A DNA stretch of 63,666 bases, the filler included, from Reclinomonas americana ATCC 50394 (Eukaryota), in the NCBI GenBank assembly GCA_048213135.1. It is 12 parts of 12 records of this genome, joined end to end, with 100 filler letters (N's around TTAATTAATTAA, not from the genome) between each part and the next. Parts side by side here need not be neighbours in the genome. Positions count along the whole stretch, not along the records: positions 34,665 to 39,566 come from AFZH01019532.1; positions 39,667 to 41,176 come from AFZH01019537.1; positions 41,277 to 44,111 come from AFZH01019538.1; positions 44,212 to 47,100 come from AFZH01019539.1; 8 more parts are not named here. One strand, written 5' to 3'. The position numbers and the translations under genes are program-made. Positions within the stretch are counted from its first letter, which is position 1. Each line of letters opens with the position of its first letter. Positions 34,665 through 47,200 of the stretch are shown one piece after another. The notes under the pieces were generated by a model. The model did no database searches, was not told the DNA's origin, and saw nothing but the letters and a program-made list of their open reading frames with translations.

Positions 34665-37400
34665 GACGCTGTGTGTTGGACACACCATGCGCTCACTCGC
34701 TTACCGCCTGCAGTGCACACTTGATCAACGCCGAAGTCGCGTGTCGCGAAGAAGGTTGTGCACCTGCGACGTCAATGGCTACGAAGAAGAAAGTCACACA
34801 GCATCAAAAGAAGCAGTTCAAAAGAATCAAGGTGCGACGCTTTTTGTCAGCACACATTGCCGCTTGTATCGACTGCTGACGGAAGTGTGAACATGCAGGT
34901 GGCTTGTCCACATTGTCGTTGCCCACTGGTCAGTCAGTGTGTGTTGCTTGTTGTGGGTGTTCATGATCACGGCGGTGCCTGACGTTGATGTCTGCCGTGT
35001 TGTTAGACGCTTGGTCAGTATTATGCTGAGCATGCCATGAATGAGTGCTTGCACCTCTGCGACGGATGCGATGCACGCTTGCCCCTCTGTCACATGGAGG
35101 CACACGTATGGAGCGATTGCCCGCGTGAATGCCCATTCAGGTGTGGAGAGCGTGTGTGCCTGCGCGACATGGCGGAGCACTCAAAGGGCGAGTGCCGGCG
35201 GCCGTGTCCCCGGGAGGGGTGCGGGCAGCGGGTGTGCGTTGGTGATCTTGCTCGACATCTTGGTGAGTCAGTCGTCGAGGGATGAGGAGAAAGAAGAAGG
35301 GGAGGTGGTGAAGGAGCTGGATGTGAGGATGAAGACTGGAGGAGAGAGAGAGAGAAGAAAAAAAGAACAAGAGCGTGGAGGAGGAATACGTGAGGAAGGC
35401 ATTCCCTAGTTTCTCAATCTACATTGTAGGTTCTTTTCTCTTGCCGTTGTTTTTCGCTTCCTTCCTCCCTGACTTGTCTCATCTCGTCGTCATCCTCTTC
35501 ATTGTGTTCCTCTCTCATACGCTTCCTCTTCGCTCATTTACGTGCCGTGTTGCTGACTCCTTGTTACTTTTCTTTCTCTGCATCTTTGTTCAGCTTACTT
35601 AATGCCCCCTTTGCATTTGCTTGTTCTCTCACTCGTCTTCCGCGTCAGCTTGCACTCCAGTGCACGCTTGGCGCTGCTCATCTCCTCTCTTTTTCTCTCT
35701 TCTTCCTGTTCTCTCCTCTCCCTGTCCCTGTCCCTCTCCCCCTCCCTCTCCCTCTCCTTTCCTCTCCTCTCCCCTTCCCCCTTCCCCCTTCCCCTCCCCT
35801 CACCCTTCTTATTGCACACCGCGCAGGAGAGGACTGCCCCGCTCGCCCCGTGCTGTGCACCGTCCATAATTTGGGCTGCCCGTGGCAAGGTGTACACGCC
35901 AGGTTGGAGGAGCATAGACAACAGTGCCCGGTGATTCCCATAGCTCATACCGTGTGCATGGTGAGATGAGCGCTCCCCTCCCCCCCTCGCTGCGGTATCA
36001 ACCACTCACTTGCGTACCAGGTGCTAGCAAGAGTCGAGCGCGTGTACCGTGACCTCTACCAACCCATAAGTGACCTGGAGACAGGGCTTGCTGCTAACGA
36101 CACCCGTGTGGCAGCCGAGCGATACAATCGCCTGCGACTGGGGCGCGATGTGCAACGGGAGCTGCAGGCCAGAGATCGCGAAATCGCCAGATTGCGCGAC
36201 GCGATCGAGAATCAGACTCGGGAGTCAGCTAGCCAGCGCGAGACTATTGACGGTCAGGCTCGAGAGATCGCCATTCGGCGCAAGACAGCAGATGTTCAGG
36301 CTCAGGAGATCTCGAGACTGCGTGAGCTGGTTGAAGCTCGCGCTCAAGAGATCGCCGCCCAGCGCACGGCAACTGAAGAGCAGGCTCAGGATATCTCCAG
36401 ACTGCGCGAGGAGAATGCGCGATTGCAAGAGAGAGTCGTGTGTGCTGACGAGCGGCTTGCGCAGGTTGGCATTGCCCTAGCTGAGGTTTGTTTCACGCAT
36501 TGTCACTTGCAATTCGTATCGTTCTCCATCGCTAACCGTCAGTGTGCTTACCCTGTGTTGCAGTTGCAAAAGACTGTGGCCGTTCTTGCAGAAAGCGAGA
36601 GAGAACGCATGCGTGAGCAACGAGAGAGGGAGGAGGAGGCGAGGCAGAATGCTGAACGTGAGGCGCGTGAGCGTGCCGAGCGTGAAGCCTTCGATCGCCT
36701 GCCAACGCAACTGCTGGGCAACAATAGCCGGGAGCTGCTGCTGCTCTGGCTCGCCGACGCAATGCCTCGCCGGCCTGAGGACGGCGGCTTGCTGTCGGTG
36801 ACCCCTCTGTTCCGGGCTTCGCGTGACGGGTTTCTTGCAGCAACCTTCCGCCAATTGTGCAACGGCAAAGGGTGAGTGGCTTTGTCTGCAGCAAGAGAGA
36901 TAGAGAGAGAGAGAGAAAGAAAGTGTGCTGAGAAGATGGGTGTGCTGCGCAGGGCGACGGTGACCATTGTGAGAACAACTGAAGGGCTTGTCGTCGGTGG
37001 CTTCACGTCGGTGCCCTGGCAGTCTCCGCCTGCCCCGACGCAAGTCACTGACTTCAGCAGCTTTATGGTCTTCGGATCGCCGGGTGGTGGCGATGCGCTG
37101 CTCAAGTGCGAGCTGATTCCTGGACAAGAACAGTTCGCCGTGTTTCATGACAGCGACATTGGGCCAGTGTTTGGCTCTGGTTCCAGCAGCAACCTGAAGG
37201 TTAATGACCGATGCAACGAACAAGGCGGTTCGCAGTACGGCTTCAACGTCGGTGACGTGTATCGTTGCCAGCTGGCCATGGGGGTGGCACTGGCTCCTGC
37301 TGTTGGTGGGAATGTGCAGGCTCCGTTTGTGCCCGTCGGGTGCAAGTACTTTACGGCCACCGAGTGGGAGGTGTTCCAGGTGGGGTGGCGGAGGGAGTGA
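34665..37400 (+). CDS. (RING)-TRAF-type zinc fingers, coiled coil, TLDc domain; 5' partial
   Basis: Cys/His fingers CPRECPFRCGERV..MAEHSKGEC and CPARPVLC..GCPWQG..LEEHRQQC; long coiled coil; TLDc motifs LFRASRDGF, GGFTSVPW, GPVFGSG, WEVFQV. Confidence 0.85.
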
Positions 37401-37632
37401 AGGGAGTGGAACGAATCGGATCCGGAATGGAGGGTGGAGAGGGATGTACTGCGTACTGCTTGTCTCACTTGATCACCGTACGTATACACACCACCAGGTA
37501 CTCGGCAAGTACTCGCACCGCCACAGCACAGCTGCCTGTGCTCCCTTGCCTTGTTCACCCAGGAATCAAGTCTGACAACACACGTACACCCGTCAGCAAC
37601 CATGTGCAAGCACAATACAAAAACAACACGAC

Positions 37633-38400
37633 TCATAGGTATGTGCACACCAACTGCGTCTGCGACAGTGCCACCGAGAGAGCGAGCCTTGTTTCTAAGA
37701 GCCTTCGCCAAGAGGACCTTTGCTTGCATTTCATCGTCCTCTGTGTCAGGTTTGCTCTTGTTGCGCTGGAGATACTCCAGCAACCATCCGGCTGCTGTTT
37801 CACGGATGCGTTTTGGTCAGAACCCTGGAGTCGGGTGTGGCCGAACAACAACAACAAACTGCATGGAAACGCAGAGCACACACCTTGTGAGGCGTTCGTT
37901 TTGCCGCTAATAAGTGTCTTCCTCAGCGCCACCCTCAGCAACAAGTCATAGCCTCTGTCGTAGGCCTTTCTCGAGATGCCGGCAATGGGAATGGGCTGGC
38001 CATTGAGGACGATGGTGCACACACAGGCCGCACAAAGTGCGTCCAAGTAGATTGATCCACCTGATGATGATTGTTGAGACTCATCACTCATGATGGGTAC
38101 CGCAGCTGTGTCCGTCACCTCCGCCACCGCCTGGGTGGGTGTTGCTGCTAACGCTGGTGTTGTCATGTCGTCGAGATGCCGTGCGCTGTGCTCCAGACTC
38201 CACAGCGCTCGCCTGACCTCCTCCAGTGCTTGCGTTGTGGACTCGAGCTGCCGCTGGAGGGTCTGTTCTACCGCACGCAGGCGCCGACATGCGTCCTCCA
38301 CATGTTGCTGCTGCGAGTCTTCGGGGCCCAGCAAGAAGTTCTCAGTGAAAGGGACCGAAGACGAGCTGCCCCACATTAGCGCAGCGCATGCACAGCACAA
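37633..38400 (-). CDS. Hypothetical protein with coiled-coil segment; boundaries uncertain
   Basis: 255-aa non-repetitive ORF (RLRAVEQTLQRQLESTTQALEEVRRAL); possible further exons nearby. Confidence 0.35.
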   Translation of the reverse strand: MCCACAALMWGSSSSVPFTENFLLGPEDSQQQHVEDACRRLRAVEQTLQRQLESTTQALEEVRRALWSLEHSARHLDDMTTPALAATPTQAVAEVTDTAAVPIMSDESQQSSSGGSIYLDALCAACVCTIVLNGQPIPIAGISRKAYDRGYDLLLRVALRKTLISGKTNASQGVCSAFPCSLLLLFGHTRLQGSDQNASVKQQPDGCWSISSATRANLTQRTMKCKQRSSWRRLLETRLALSVALSQTQLVCTYL

Positions 38401-39779
38401 CTGCAGCGTGTGTGTTTTTTGTTCGTCGAGTTGGGGTCAATATTCTTTCCAGTTCATGGTCAGCTGCAGTTTATCTTGAAGCAGCACGCACCTCGACCAG
38501 TGGCATGTATATGATGACGGCCGCTGGTACTCAGCCGACACGCGATAGATGACGACGCACTGGACCGGAGACACACTTTTTATTTGTTGTCGGAAGAATG
38601 TTGAATTATTGTTTCCTTTATAATTTATAATTAATTCTTTTTTCTTCACGACGACACAATATGCAAGGACACAAAACACTTCATTCACCACATTCCAATA
38701 ATGCGACAAATGTCCACAAATCCCTTGCCAATAGTGCCACCGCCGGCCACGAATCAGCACCTAGGCAACACCTACCCATGCCCGGGTGACGCCTACCCAC
38801 GACCAGGTGATGTCCACCCACTACCAGATATCGTGACAGTCGTGTTGAATTATTCAGTTCTTTGGAGAGCAGCATGAGTGGTACTACTAGCGGACCGAGC
38901 TTTTTGGGTGACGTTACTGAGCACGCGGCGTCGGATGCGATGTTCGGTGGTGCCACCGGGGCCTTGGCCGGCGGTGTTGGAGCAGTTGAGCACTCACCTT
39001 AGTAATCATGACCGAGAGTGGTGTCATTTCTCTCACATGCCTGCTTCTCATCCACTTCCTGAACGACCTCTTGCCCCTTAGGTCCCCGGTGCTCTTGTTG
39101 GCGCCCTCGGAGGCGCCATCCAAGGGGCTTGCGACTACGTCTGGAGCAGCTTTTAAGACGTCGCCATCGCGCGCTGCATGCGCAGCGTGTTACCACTGGC
39201 ATGTTCAAATTGTGTGTTCGATTTTGCTGCACGCTTGAACGCATAAAGGACTGCACAGTGTGTAACGTTTGTCGTTAGTACATGTCCGAGGAAGTCGTAG
39301 GCTTGGGGAAGAGGAGAGCAGCAAATACGAAATAGATTCAACCATGTTCCCCGTTGGTGCTCACTGTCTGCTGACTTTGTGCAAGGATGGAGGTCGTGTA
39401 TCGTCGGCAACGATGATGCGCGTTCTTGGCGGAAGCAGTCTCTTTATCAAGTCTTGCATGCTGCCCGGCTGCTTGTCTTCGGACGGCGGCCACCCTGAAA
39501 ATCCTCTTGAGCACTCGTTGGCTCGGTGGTGCACCTGCAATCGGGAAAAAGATTCAACCATGTTCCNNNNNNNNNNNNNNNNNNNNNNNNNNNNNNNNNN
39601 NNNNNNNNNNTTAATTAATTAANNNNNNNNNNNNNNNNNNNNNNNNNNNNNNNNNNNNNNNNNNNNTCCCCTTCCTCCCTCCCTCCTCTCTCTTCATGTG
39701 AACCATCCCTCGTCCATCTCCTTCCCTCTCTCTCTGACAACTCATCGTTTCACGGCATGCACAGTTCCCCTCCTTGCAA

Positions 39780-40928
39780 GGCGTCGACGTGCGCACATTA
39801 CGCACGCCGTTTGTGTGCGACATGGAGGATCGCATTGTGTTGCGACTGCAGCAGCGGGAGGAGGAGAAGGAGATGCGCACGATTCTGGCGGCGTTGACGC
39901 TGGCGTCGCCGGCTAGTGGTGGTGGAGCGGCAGCAGCGGGGGCGGCAACGGATGCGTCGTCACGGCAGGAGCAGCAGCAGACAGCGCAGCAGCACAGGAG
40001 ACCAAGTAGGCAGCCGGAGGAGGAGATGTTGCGTGAAGGGGGAAGAGATGGGCAAAGGAGGTGGTCGGCAAGAGCAATTTGTGATGAGAGAGAAGTCTCA
40101 ATGCATGTCTCCTAGATAGTGGGTGAGCCTGCTCTTTTATCACGAACAAGAGAACTCTTTCTTGGTCTCTCCGTCCGCGCTCGTTTTGTCTCCTTGTCGT
40201 TGTCGAACATCTCCCATGTGCACTCTGCATTGCGTCTTTTATGACAGACTGTATTCGCGTTTCCCCCCGTTTTAGTCTCTCCTTGTACTCTGCGACTGAG
40301 TAGGTTTCTCTCTCGCTCTCTTACCTGTCTCTTGATTTGTTGCTGTTACCGCACTGTCCCCTCTTTGTTTTAAGAGAAAGAAGAGACTACGCGACTCATT
40401 CTTTTGTTTTCCCCTTTTCCCTTCCTCTTTTACAGCTGCCCCATCGACCTCGTCGAACTCGACAACGGAACCCCCGTCACCCGACTACCCTGCAACCACT
40501 CCTTCCACTCCTGCTGCCTCGCTGAATGGTTGCGCGAGCAGTGCGTGTGTCCCGTCGACCGCAGTCCTGTACCGAAAAAGATTTTGCGCTCGCTCGGGAT
40601 CACCGACTCTGAAGTTGCGCAACTCTTCGATCATCAATCTCAGCTTGCTCGCTCACCGCTGCTTCCCCATTTATAGCAAAAGAAGAAGGAGAAGCCAGTC
40701 AGCGAGATGGAGTTGGAGGACGAGGCGATTGCGCTGAGGATGCAGTTGGAGATGGTGTCCGGTCGTTGCGTCTCTGTTGTTGTGGTAGCGTGGTTGCTTG
40801 CCTCTCTATGTCGCTCACGTGTCGAGTGTGCAGGCGAAAGGCACAAGTTGGTGGAGCGGCTCAAATTGGTGGAGTCCAAGTTGGAGAAAGAAAAGGCGCG
40901 GTGGCGGTCAAGCTCGAGTTCCATGTAG
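39780..40928 (+). CDS. RING-H2 finger protein, 3' part
   Basis: CPID..RLPCNHSFHSCCLAEWL..CPVDR exon at about 40436-40612; EDEAIALRMQ (ubiquitin-binding-like helix); coiled-coil end. Confidence 0.75.
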
Positions 40929-41370
40929 TCTATGTGTGTTGTGTGGAGGGGGAAGTGGGCGGGAGGAGGGGGTTTTTGTTTGCTGGTTTGTTGAAGGAGG
41001 GGGGCGGCGAGAGGGAAAGAGTGCAACAATGGGTGGTGTTATTAATTGTGGGAGGAGGGAGGGAGGGGATGAAGGGGAAGGGGGAGGGAATGAAGGGGAA
41101 GGGGGAGGGGAAAGGGGAAGGGGGAGGGGAAAGGGAAGGGGAAGGGCAAGGAGGGGGTGGGGGGTAGCAGGGGCAGNNNNNNNNNNNNNNNNNNNNNNNN
41201 NNNNNNNNNNNNNNNNNNNNTTAATTAATTAANNNNNNNNNNNNNNNNNNNNNNNNNNNNNNNNNNNNNNNNNNNNAGGTCACCCCTCTGCTCCCTCTTT
41301 CTCTCCTATCGGACCTTTCTCTATTCCTTGGAGCATGTCAGAGATTGCAGTGGATAGAAATTATTCACTG

Positions 41371-43015
41371 TCACCCCTTGGCCTGGTTTCGAATCCACAC
41401 GCACAACTCATCAAGCCCTTCCCCCGTCACGGCACTGACGCGACATACGGCGCATGGGCCGCGATTGATCTCCGAAAACTCCACTTGCAGCATGTCTTGC
41501 AGCTCCGTGGGATCGACAAGCGAGTCGCAATCGCTGTTGCCCAGGTGGTGTGAGCAAAAGGAGAAACGACAAGCGAAGAGATGATGGCGACGCACCTCTT
41601 GTTAAAGACGACGACGGTTGGTCGCGCGGGGTCGTGTATTCTCAAGAATTCGACCACGGCCTCGGCCACCGCCGTGTGGTTCGTCAGGTCAATTACGTAC
41701 TGCGGGAGAACGGGAAAGGTGGATAAGGTGATGCGGCGGACAAGAGCACACGGTCCGCGCAAAGGCTGACTGTCTCTCGCAAGGCTGACTGCCTCTCGCG
41801 AGGCTCGCTGTCTCTCGCGAGGCTCGCTGTCTCTCGCGAGGCTCGCTGTCTCTCGCGAGGCTCGCTGTCTCTCGCGAGGCTCGCTGTCTCTCGCGAGGCT
41901 CGCTGTCTCTCGCGAGGCTCGCTGTCTCTCGCGAGGCTCGCTGTCTCTCGCGAGGCTCGCTGTCTCCGCGAGGCTCGCTGTCTCTCGCGCGGCTCGCTGT
42001 CTCTCGCAAGGCTCGATGTCTCTCGCATGACTCGCTGTCTCTCGCAGGACTCGCTGTGTCTCACATGGCTAGCTGTGTCTCAAATGGCTCGCTGTCTCTC
42101 GCATGACTTGCTGTGTCTCACATGACTTGCTGTCTCTCGCAAGGCTCGCTGTCTGAACCCATCTCCTCCTCCTCCTCCTTCTCCCCCTCCTCCTCCCCCT
42201 CCTTCTCCTCAAACTCACCATCAACGACCGACAATGCGGTAACCTATGCTCCCACATGACCGTAAACGTGCCGCCAATCTCCCGCATCGTACACGTAAGA
42301 CCACCACCACAGTGCACCAAAGTCGGACCCATGCCACGCTATAAAGCAGAGAAGAAGGACGTGAGAGAGAAAATGAGAAAAAAGGCCAGAGAAGATAGGA
42401 TGGACGTAACAGTGGCAAAGTACTCTTCCTTGGCCGCGTTCAACAGCGGTTGACCAGTGCACAGAGCTGGGGAAAGAAGGCAATAATGAGAGAGGAAGCA
42501 AAGGATCGTGCTCTCTCTCTCTCTCTCACTCATTCACGCAGTTCACCCGTCTCTCTGTCTGTCTCTCTTCCTCTTGCTGTCTCACCTTCCTTCCTCCCTC
42601 CCTCTCATCTCTCTTCTCCCAACCTCTCTCAACCTCTCTCAGTCTCACTCAGTCTGACTCAGTCACTCAGTCTCTCATTCTCTCTCTCAGTCTCTCTCGG
42701 TCTCTCTCTCATTCTCTCTCTCAATATCTCTCAGTCTCTCAGTCTCCCTCATTCTCTCTCTCTCAGAATCTCTCAGTCTCTCCCACATTCTCTCTCTGTC
42801 TCTGTGCATCTCCTCCTCAGCCTCTTGCTTTCTCGCCTTCTCTCTCTCTCTCTCAGTCTCTCTCTCTCTCTCTCATTCTCTCCTTCACTCTCACTCCCTC
42901 TCTTCTCTCTCTCCCTCTCTCATCACTCACCCTCCAGTTGCTTGATTAACAGCGACTTGCCACACTTGGACGAGCCAACCACCAACACGTCATCGACCAA
43001 CGGCGAAGAAGTCAT
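41371..43015 (-). CDS. ARL16: ADP-ribosylation factor-like protein 16-like GTPase
   Basis: VLVVGSSKCGKSLLIKQL; REIGG (ARL16-type G3); YVIDLTN; VVFNK; SAVTGEGLDEL, across GT-AG exons. Confidence 0.8.
41790..42150. repeat. Intronic 19-bp minisatellite (aggctcgctgtctctcgcg)
   Basis: Near-perfect tandem units, degenerating at the edges. Confidence 0.9.
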
Positions 43016-43165
43016 TGTAAGAAAGTCAAAGACGAACAAGAGCGTCGCGTTGTGTCCTCCATGACACTCTCTTTCATTCTCCCTGATTGGAAGAGCCGCG
43101 TGAGAGCAAGTCGACTGTGTGTAAGAACAAGTGAGAAGCTGCAGCAAAACAAGTAGCAACGAAGC

Positions 43166-44211
43166 ATGTCGGTGAGTGACATGATGCTTGTGCTGTCACT
43201 CTTCTCTCTTCTCTCTCCGTCTCTTCTCTCTCTCACTCTGTGTTAGTGAGCGTGCGTCTCTCTCACACACACGCTCTCGGACTCTCTATCTCTTATCATA
43301 TCTGTCTCAATTCACATACAGACACACTCTTTTACGAACCCTTCTTCTCTCTGTCTTTCTCTCACTCTCTTCCACGCACACATGCTCTATCTCTCTCATT
43401 CATTCACTCTTTTTTATCTTCTCATCCCTTTCTTATCTCAGTCTATCACTTTCTCGCTCATTCGGATATTCAACCACACTTCCTTGCACTGCTTTGTTCT
43501 CCCACTTGTTCTCTCCCACTTATGTGATCTCTCCCACTCCCCCTCTCTCATACGTTCTCAGTCTTTCTGTCTCACTCTCTCTCACGCACACAAACAGTCT
43601 CTGTCTATTTCTTCTCGCCTTATCATTCACTTGCTCTTTTATCTTTCCCTCACTTTCCTCACTCTCTCTCCCTCCCTGCCTCTCTCTCTCGCCCCACCTT
43701 TCCTCTCATTCACTCGCTCTTTTTATCCCCCCTCCTTTTTCACTCTCCCTCCCTCCCTCACTTCCCCTCCCTTTCCACTCTCCCCCATCTCTCTCTCCCT
43801 CTCTCTTTCTCACTCCTTCCCTCCCCTCCTCCACAGTTCTCGGTGCACGTGAGCGCGGCACACGATTCGTTGCTCTCGGTGCAGGTCGACGGCATGTCGA
43901 TCGCATCCACCCTCGCCGACTTGCTGCGCGAGGCCACGCGCTTGCTGCGTGCGAAGAGTGGAGATGGAGAGATGCAGATTGTGGGAGTGGAGAAGCCGAG
44001 TGCATTCAGCATTGAGGAGGGCGGAGGCATTCCGTTGCGCATTCTCGGCATCAACTCGTCCACTCACCTCGTCGTCCGTGTGAACCTTCGCGTGGTGGCG
44101 CTGTCGAGTGGNNNNNNNNNNNNNNNNNNNNNNNNNNNNNNNNNNNNNNNNNNNNTTAATTAATTAANNNNNNNNNNNNNNNNNNNNNNNNNNNNNNNNN
44201 NNNNNNNNNNN

Positions 44212-44273
<62 letters not shown>

Positions 44274-47200
44274 CCCTCCTTCCTCCTTCTTCACTCCCCC
44301 TTCTCCTTTTTCATCCTCTTTCCCCCTCCTGCAGAATGATCAACTCGCAGCGCATCAACATGGCCTTCGAGGCGGTGGAGGAGGCCGTTCGTCTGCGCTG
44401 TCAACGCTCACTGGCGCAATTCAGTCGCGATTACCCCGACTTTGATGTGCGCGCGTGGGTGCCGACATTTACCCCCGCCGGCATGGATACAGCGGCTGTG
44501 AAGGTGTGGCGAGAGCGACATGCTCCGCTCCAAACGGGACGAGTCGCCCTGTTCAAGGAGAAGCGGGCTGTGGCACTGGCCTGGCGCGCTGCCTTTGAAG
44601 CCGATCCCTCGTCCGACCCCCCGTGTGACGGTTTCGACACGACGGCACTCACCTCCATCATGTTGTACGGTGGCCTTGTGCAAGATGATGGTGGCAAGCT
44701 GCTGCTGATTGACGACACTGATGAACGCATGGCGGTGGAGGAGCTGAACGAAGTGAGAAAGGGGTTGGCGCACAAGGACTTGGTGCTGACGGATGCCAGT
44801 GTGCAGGAGTACCTTGGTGACGGCGGTGTCTTCCTGTCCATCCTCCTACTGCTGCAGGTGACGGCCGACGAGCATGCTCGATTATCAACTCGCATCTACG
44901 ATGCTCGTCACGTTCAGCTCACCGTCAGTACATTCGAGGAGCGTCTGCATCGACTGGCTGTGCGTGAAATAGCTTACTATCACGAAGACGAGAGTGTGCG
45001 CAAGGACATGCAGATGTATGTGCCACTGCTGTGTTCACGTGATCATGACGGGTCGCCGAGTGAGACGATGCCGGATCTCTTGTCGGAGGTGGATGTTTTC
45101 CTCTCCGACACCAACACCACACAGCGTGTGCTGGTGCTCTTCGGCAACAGTGGCGCAGGCAAGACCACCACCATGTCCGTGTTGGCCGAGCGAGCATGGA
45201 GACAGTGGCAGACGAGGGAGAGCAGGCGTGTGCCTGTGCGTGTGCCTCTCGGCGCTCTGCGCAACGCAGATGAGCGACTATTGGAGGAGGCATTGGAGCG
45301 ACTGTCGCCCGAGTTGGGATTCAGTGAGTCGGATGTGCGACGGCTGAAGGAAGAACCACTGCTGTTGTTGCTTGATGGATACGACGAGTTGTACCGTGGT
45401 GTGAATCTGTTTTTCAAGAACCAGCTGGATGTGTGTCGGAAAGTGAAGGTGATTATCACGTGTCGTGAGGATTACGCACTGACGGCGCTGGGTGGTGTAA
45501 CGCAGTATCGACGGTACTTTGCACCGGTGGATGCACGCGGCCAGTTGCGCATGCAGCAGCTGACGGAGCGACACATTGCGCCATTTGACAAGGAGCAAAC
45601 TGCGCAGTATTTTGAGCGACTCGTGCAACGGGATGGTGATGATGATGATGATGATGATGCCGATGATGAAGTGCGATGGTCGACTGCCGAAGAGTACATG
45701 CGTGCGTTGAAAAATGTGCGTGGACTGGACGCACTGGTGTCGAATCCGTTCATGTTGTCGGTGGTGGCTCGCGTGCTGCCGCAGTTGGTGGCGAGCGGAG
45801 TGCACCGACCGACTCGGTGTGATGTGTTTGACAAGTTTATTCGGCAGTGGATTGCGCGGGAGCAAGAGAGGCAGACGTGCCTCGGTGCGGAGCGTGTGCC
45901 AAATGAGGACACCTGTCTCGCATTCTGTGAGGGGCTGGCACGGTTGATGCACGAGACAAAGGTGGTTCGCGTATCCGTGACGGAGAGTCGGTCGGGTGAT
46001 GAGGAGGATGACTTTGGTGGCGCACCACTTGCCATGCGTCGACGAGTGGAAGAGGGACCATTTGACAAGTTCCTCGGTCACAAGAACCAGCATGTGCGAG
46101 TTTGCTGTCCGATTGTACGACGGTATGCGACGACGCAGTGGGGCTTTGTGCATCTATCGTTGCTGGAGCACTGTGTGGCGCGGCATGTGTTTGCGTGGGA
46201 CACGTGGGATGAGGAGAGGAAGATGACGATGCAAGATGTGCAGCAGCATGTGTTGGCGGTGCGACTATTGAACGACAGACCGTCACTGGTGGAGCAAGTA
46301 GCCGAGGTGGTGCGACGGTCTCATGCATTACAGGGGAGACTGTGGGAGGTGATTGAGTTGTCACGGGAGGTGGACAGTCGGCGAGTCGTGACGGCAGCCG
46401 CGAATGCAGCAACGGTGCTGTGCGCAGCGCAAGTGTCGTTCAGTGGGCGCGACTTGTCGGGAGTGCGAGTGAGGGGTGCGGATTTGAGAGATGCGGTGAT
46501 GCACAGGACGGTGTGGAGAAAGGCAGACCTGCGTGAGGTGAATATGTGCATGGCGTTTGCAAAGGAGGCGGATTTCCGAGGGGCGGATGTGACGGGAGTG
46601 AAGTGGCCGAGGAAGCCGTTGGTGGAGCACAGTGATTCGATCAACTCTGTCGTCGTCTCGCCAGATGCGCAGCACGTGGTGAGCGCAAGTGAGGATAAGA
46701 CGGTGCGAGTGTGGTCGCTGGCCAGCGGGCAGGTTGTGCACTTGTTGGAAGGACATGCTGGCGGGGTGCGTGCTGTGACCATCACTTTCGATGGCCAACA
46801 CATTGTGAGTGGCAGCGAGGACACTACTGTTCGAGTTTGGGCCATGGAGAGTGGACAGGAAGTGCAACGATTGGAGGGACACACTGCTACTGTGTGCTCT
46901 GTTGCCGTCACTCCTGACGATCAGTTCATTGTGAGCGGAGGTGGCGACAAGACCGTGCGAGTGTGGTCATTGGCGAGTGGGGAGGAGGAGCGACGGCTGG
47001 AGGGACACACCGGGTGGGTGTGGTCTGTCGCCGTCACCCCCGATGGTCAGCACGTTGTGAGTGGAAGCGGTGACAAGACTGTGCGGGTGTGGGCGTTGAC
47101 NNNNNNNNNNNNNNNNNNNNNNNNNNNNNNNNNNNNNNNNNNNNTTAATTAATTAANNNNNNNNNNNNNNNNNNNNNNNNNNNNNNNNNNNNNNNNNNNN

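Noticed and set aside
41790..42150. Regular repeats as a possible CRISPR array (also 21248-21600, 27603-27880)
   Set aside because: Head-to-tail units without unique spacers, inside introns, no cas genes
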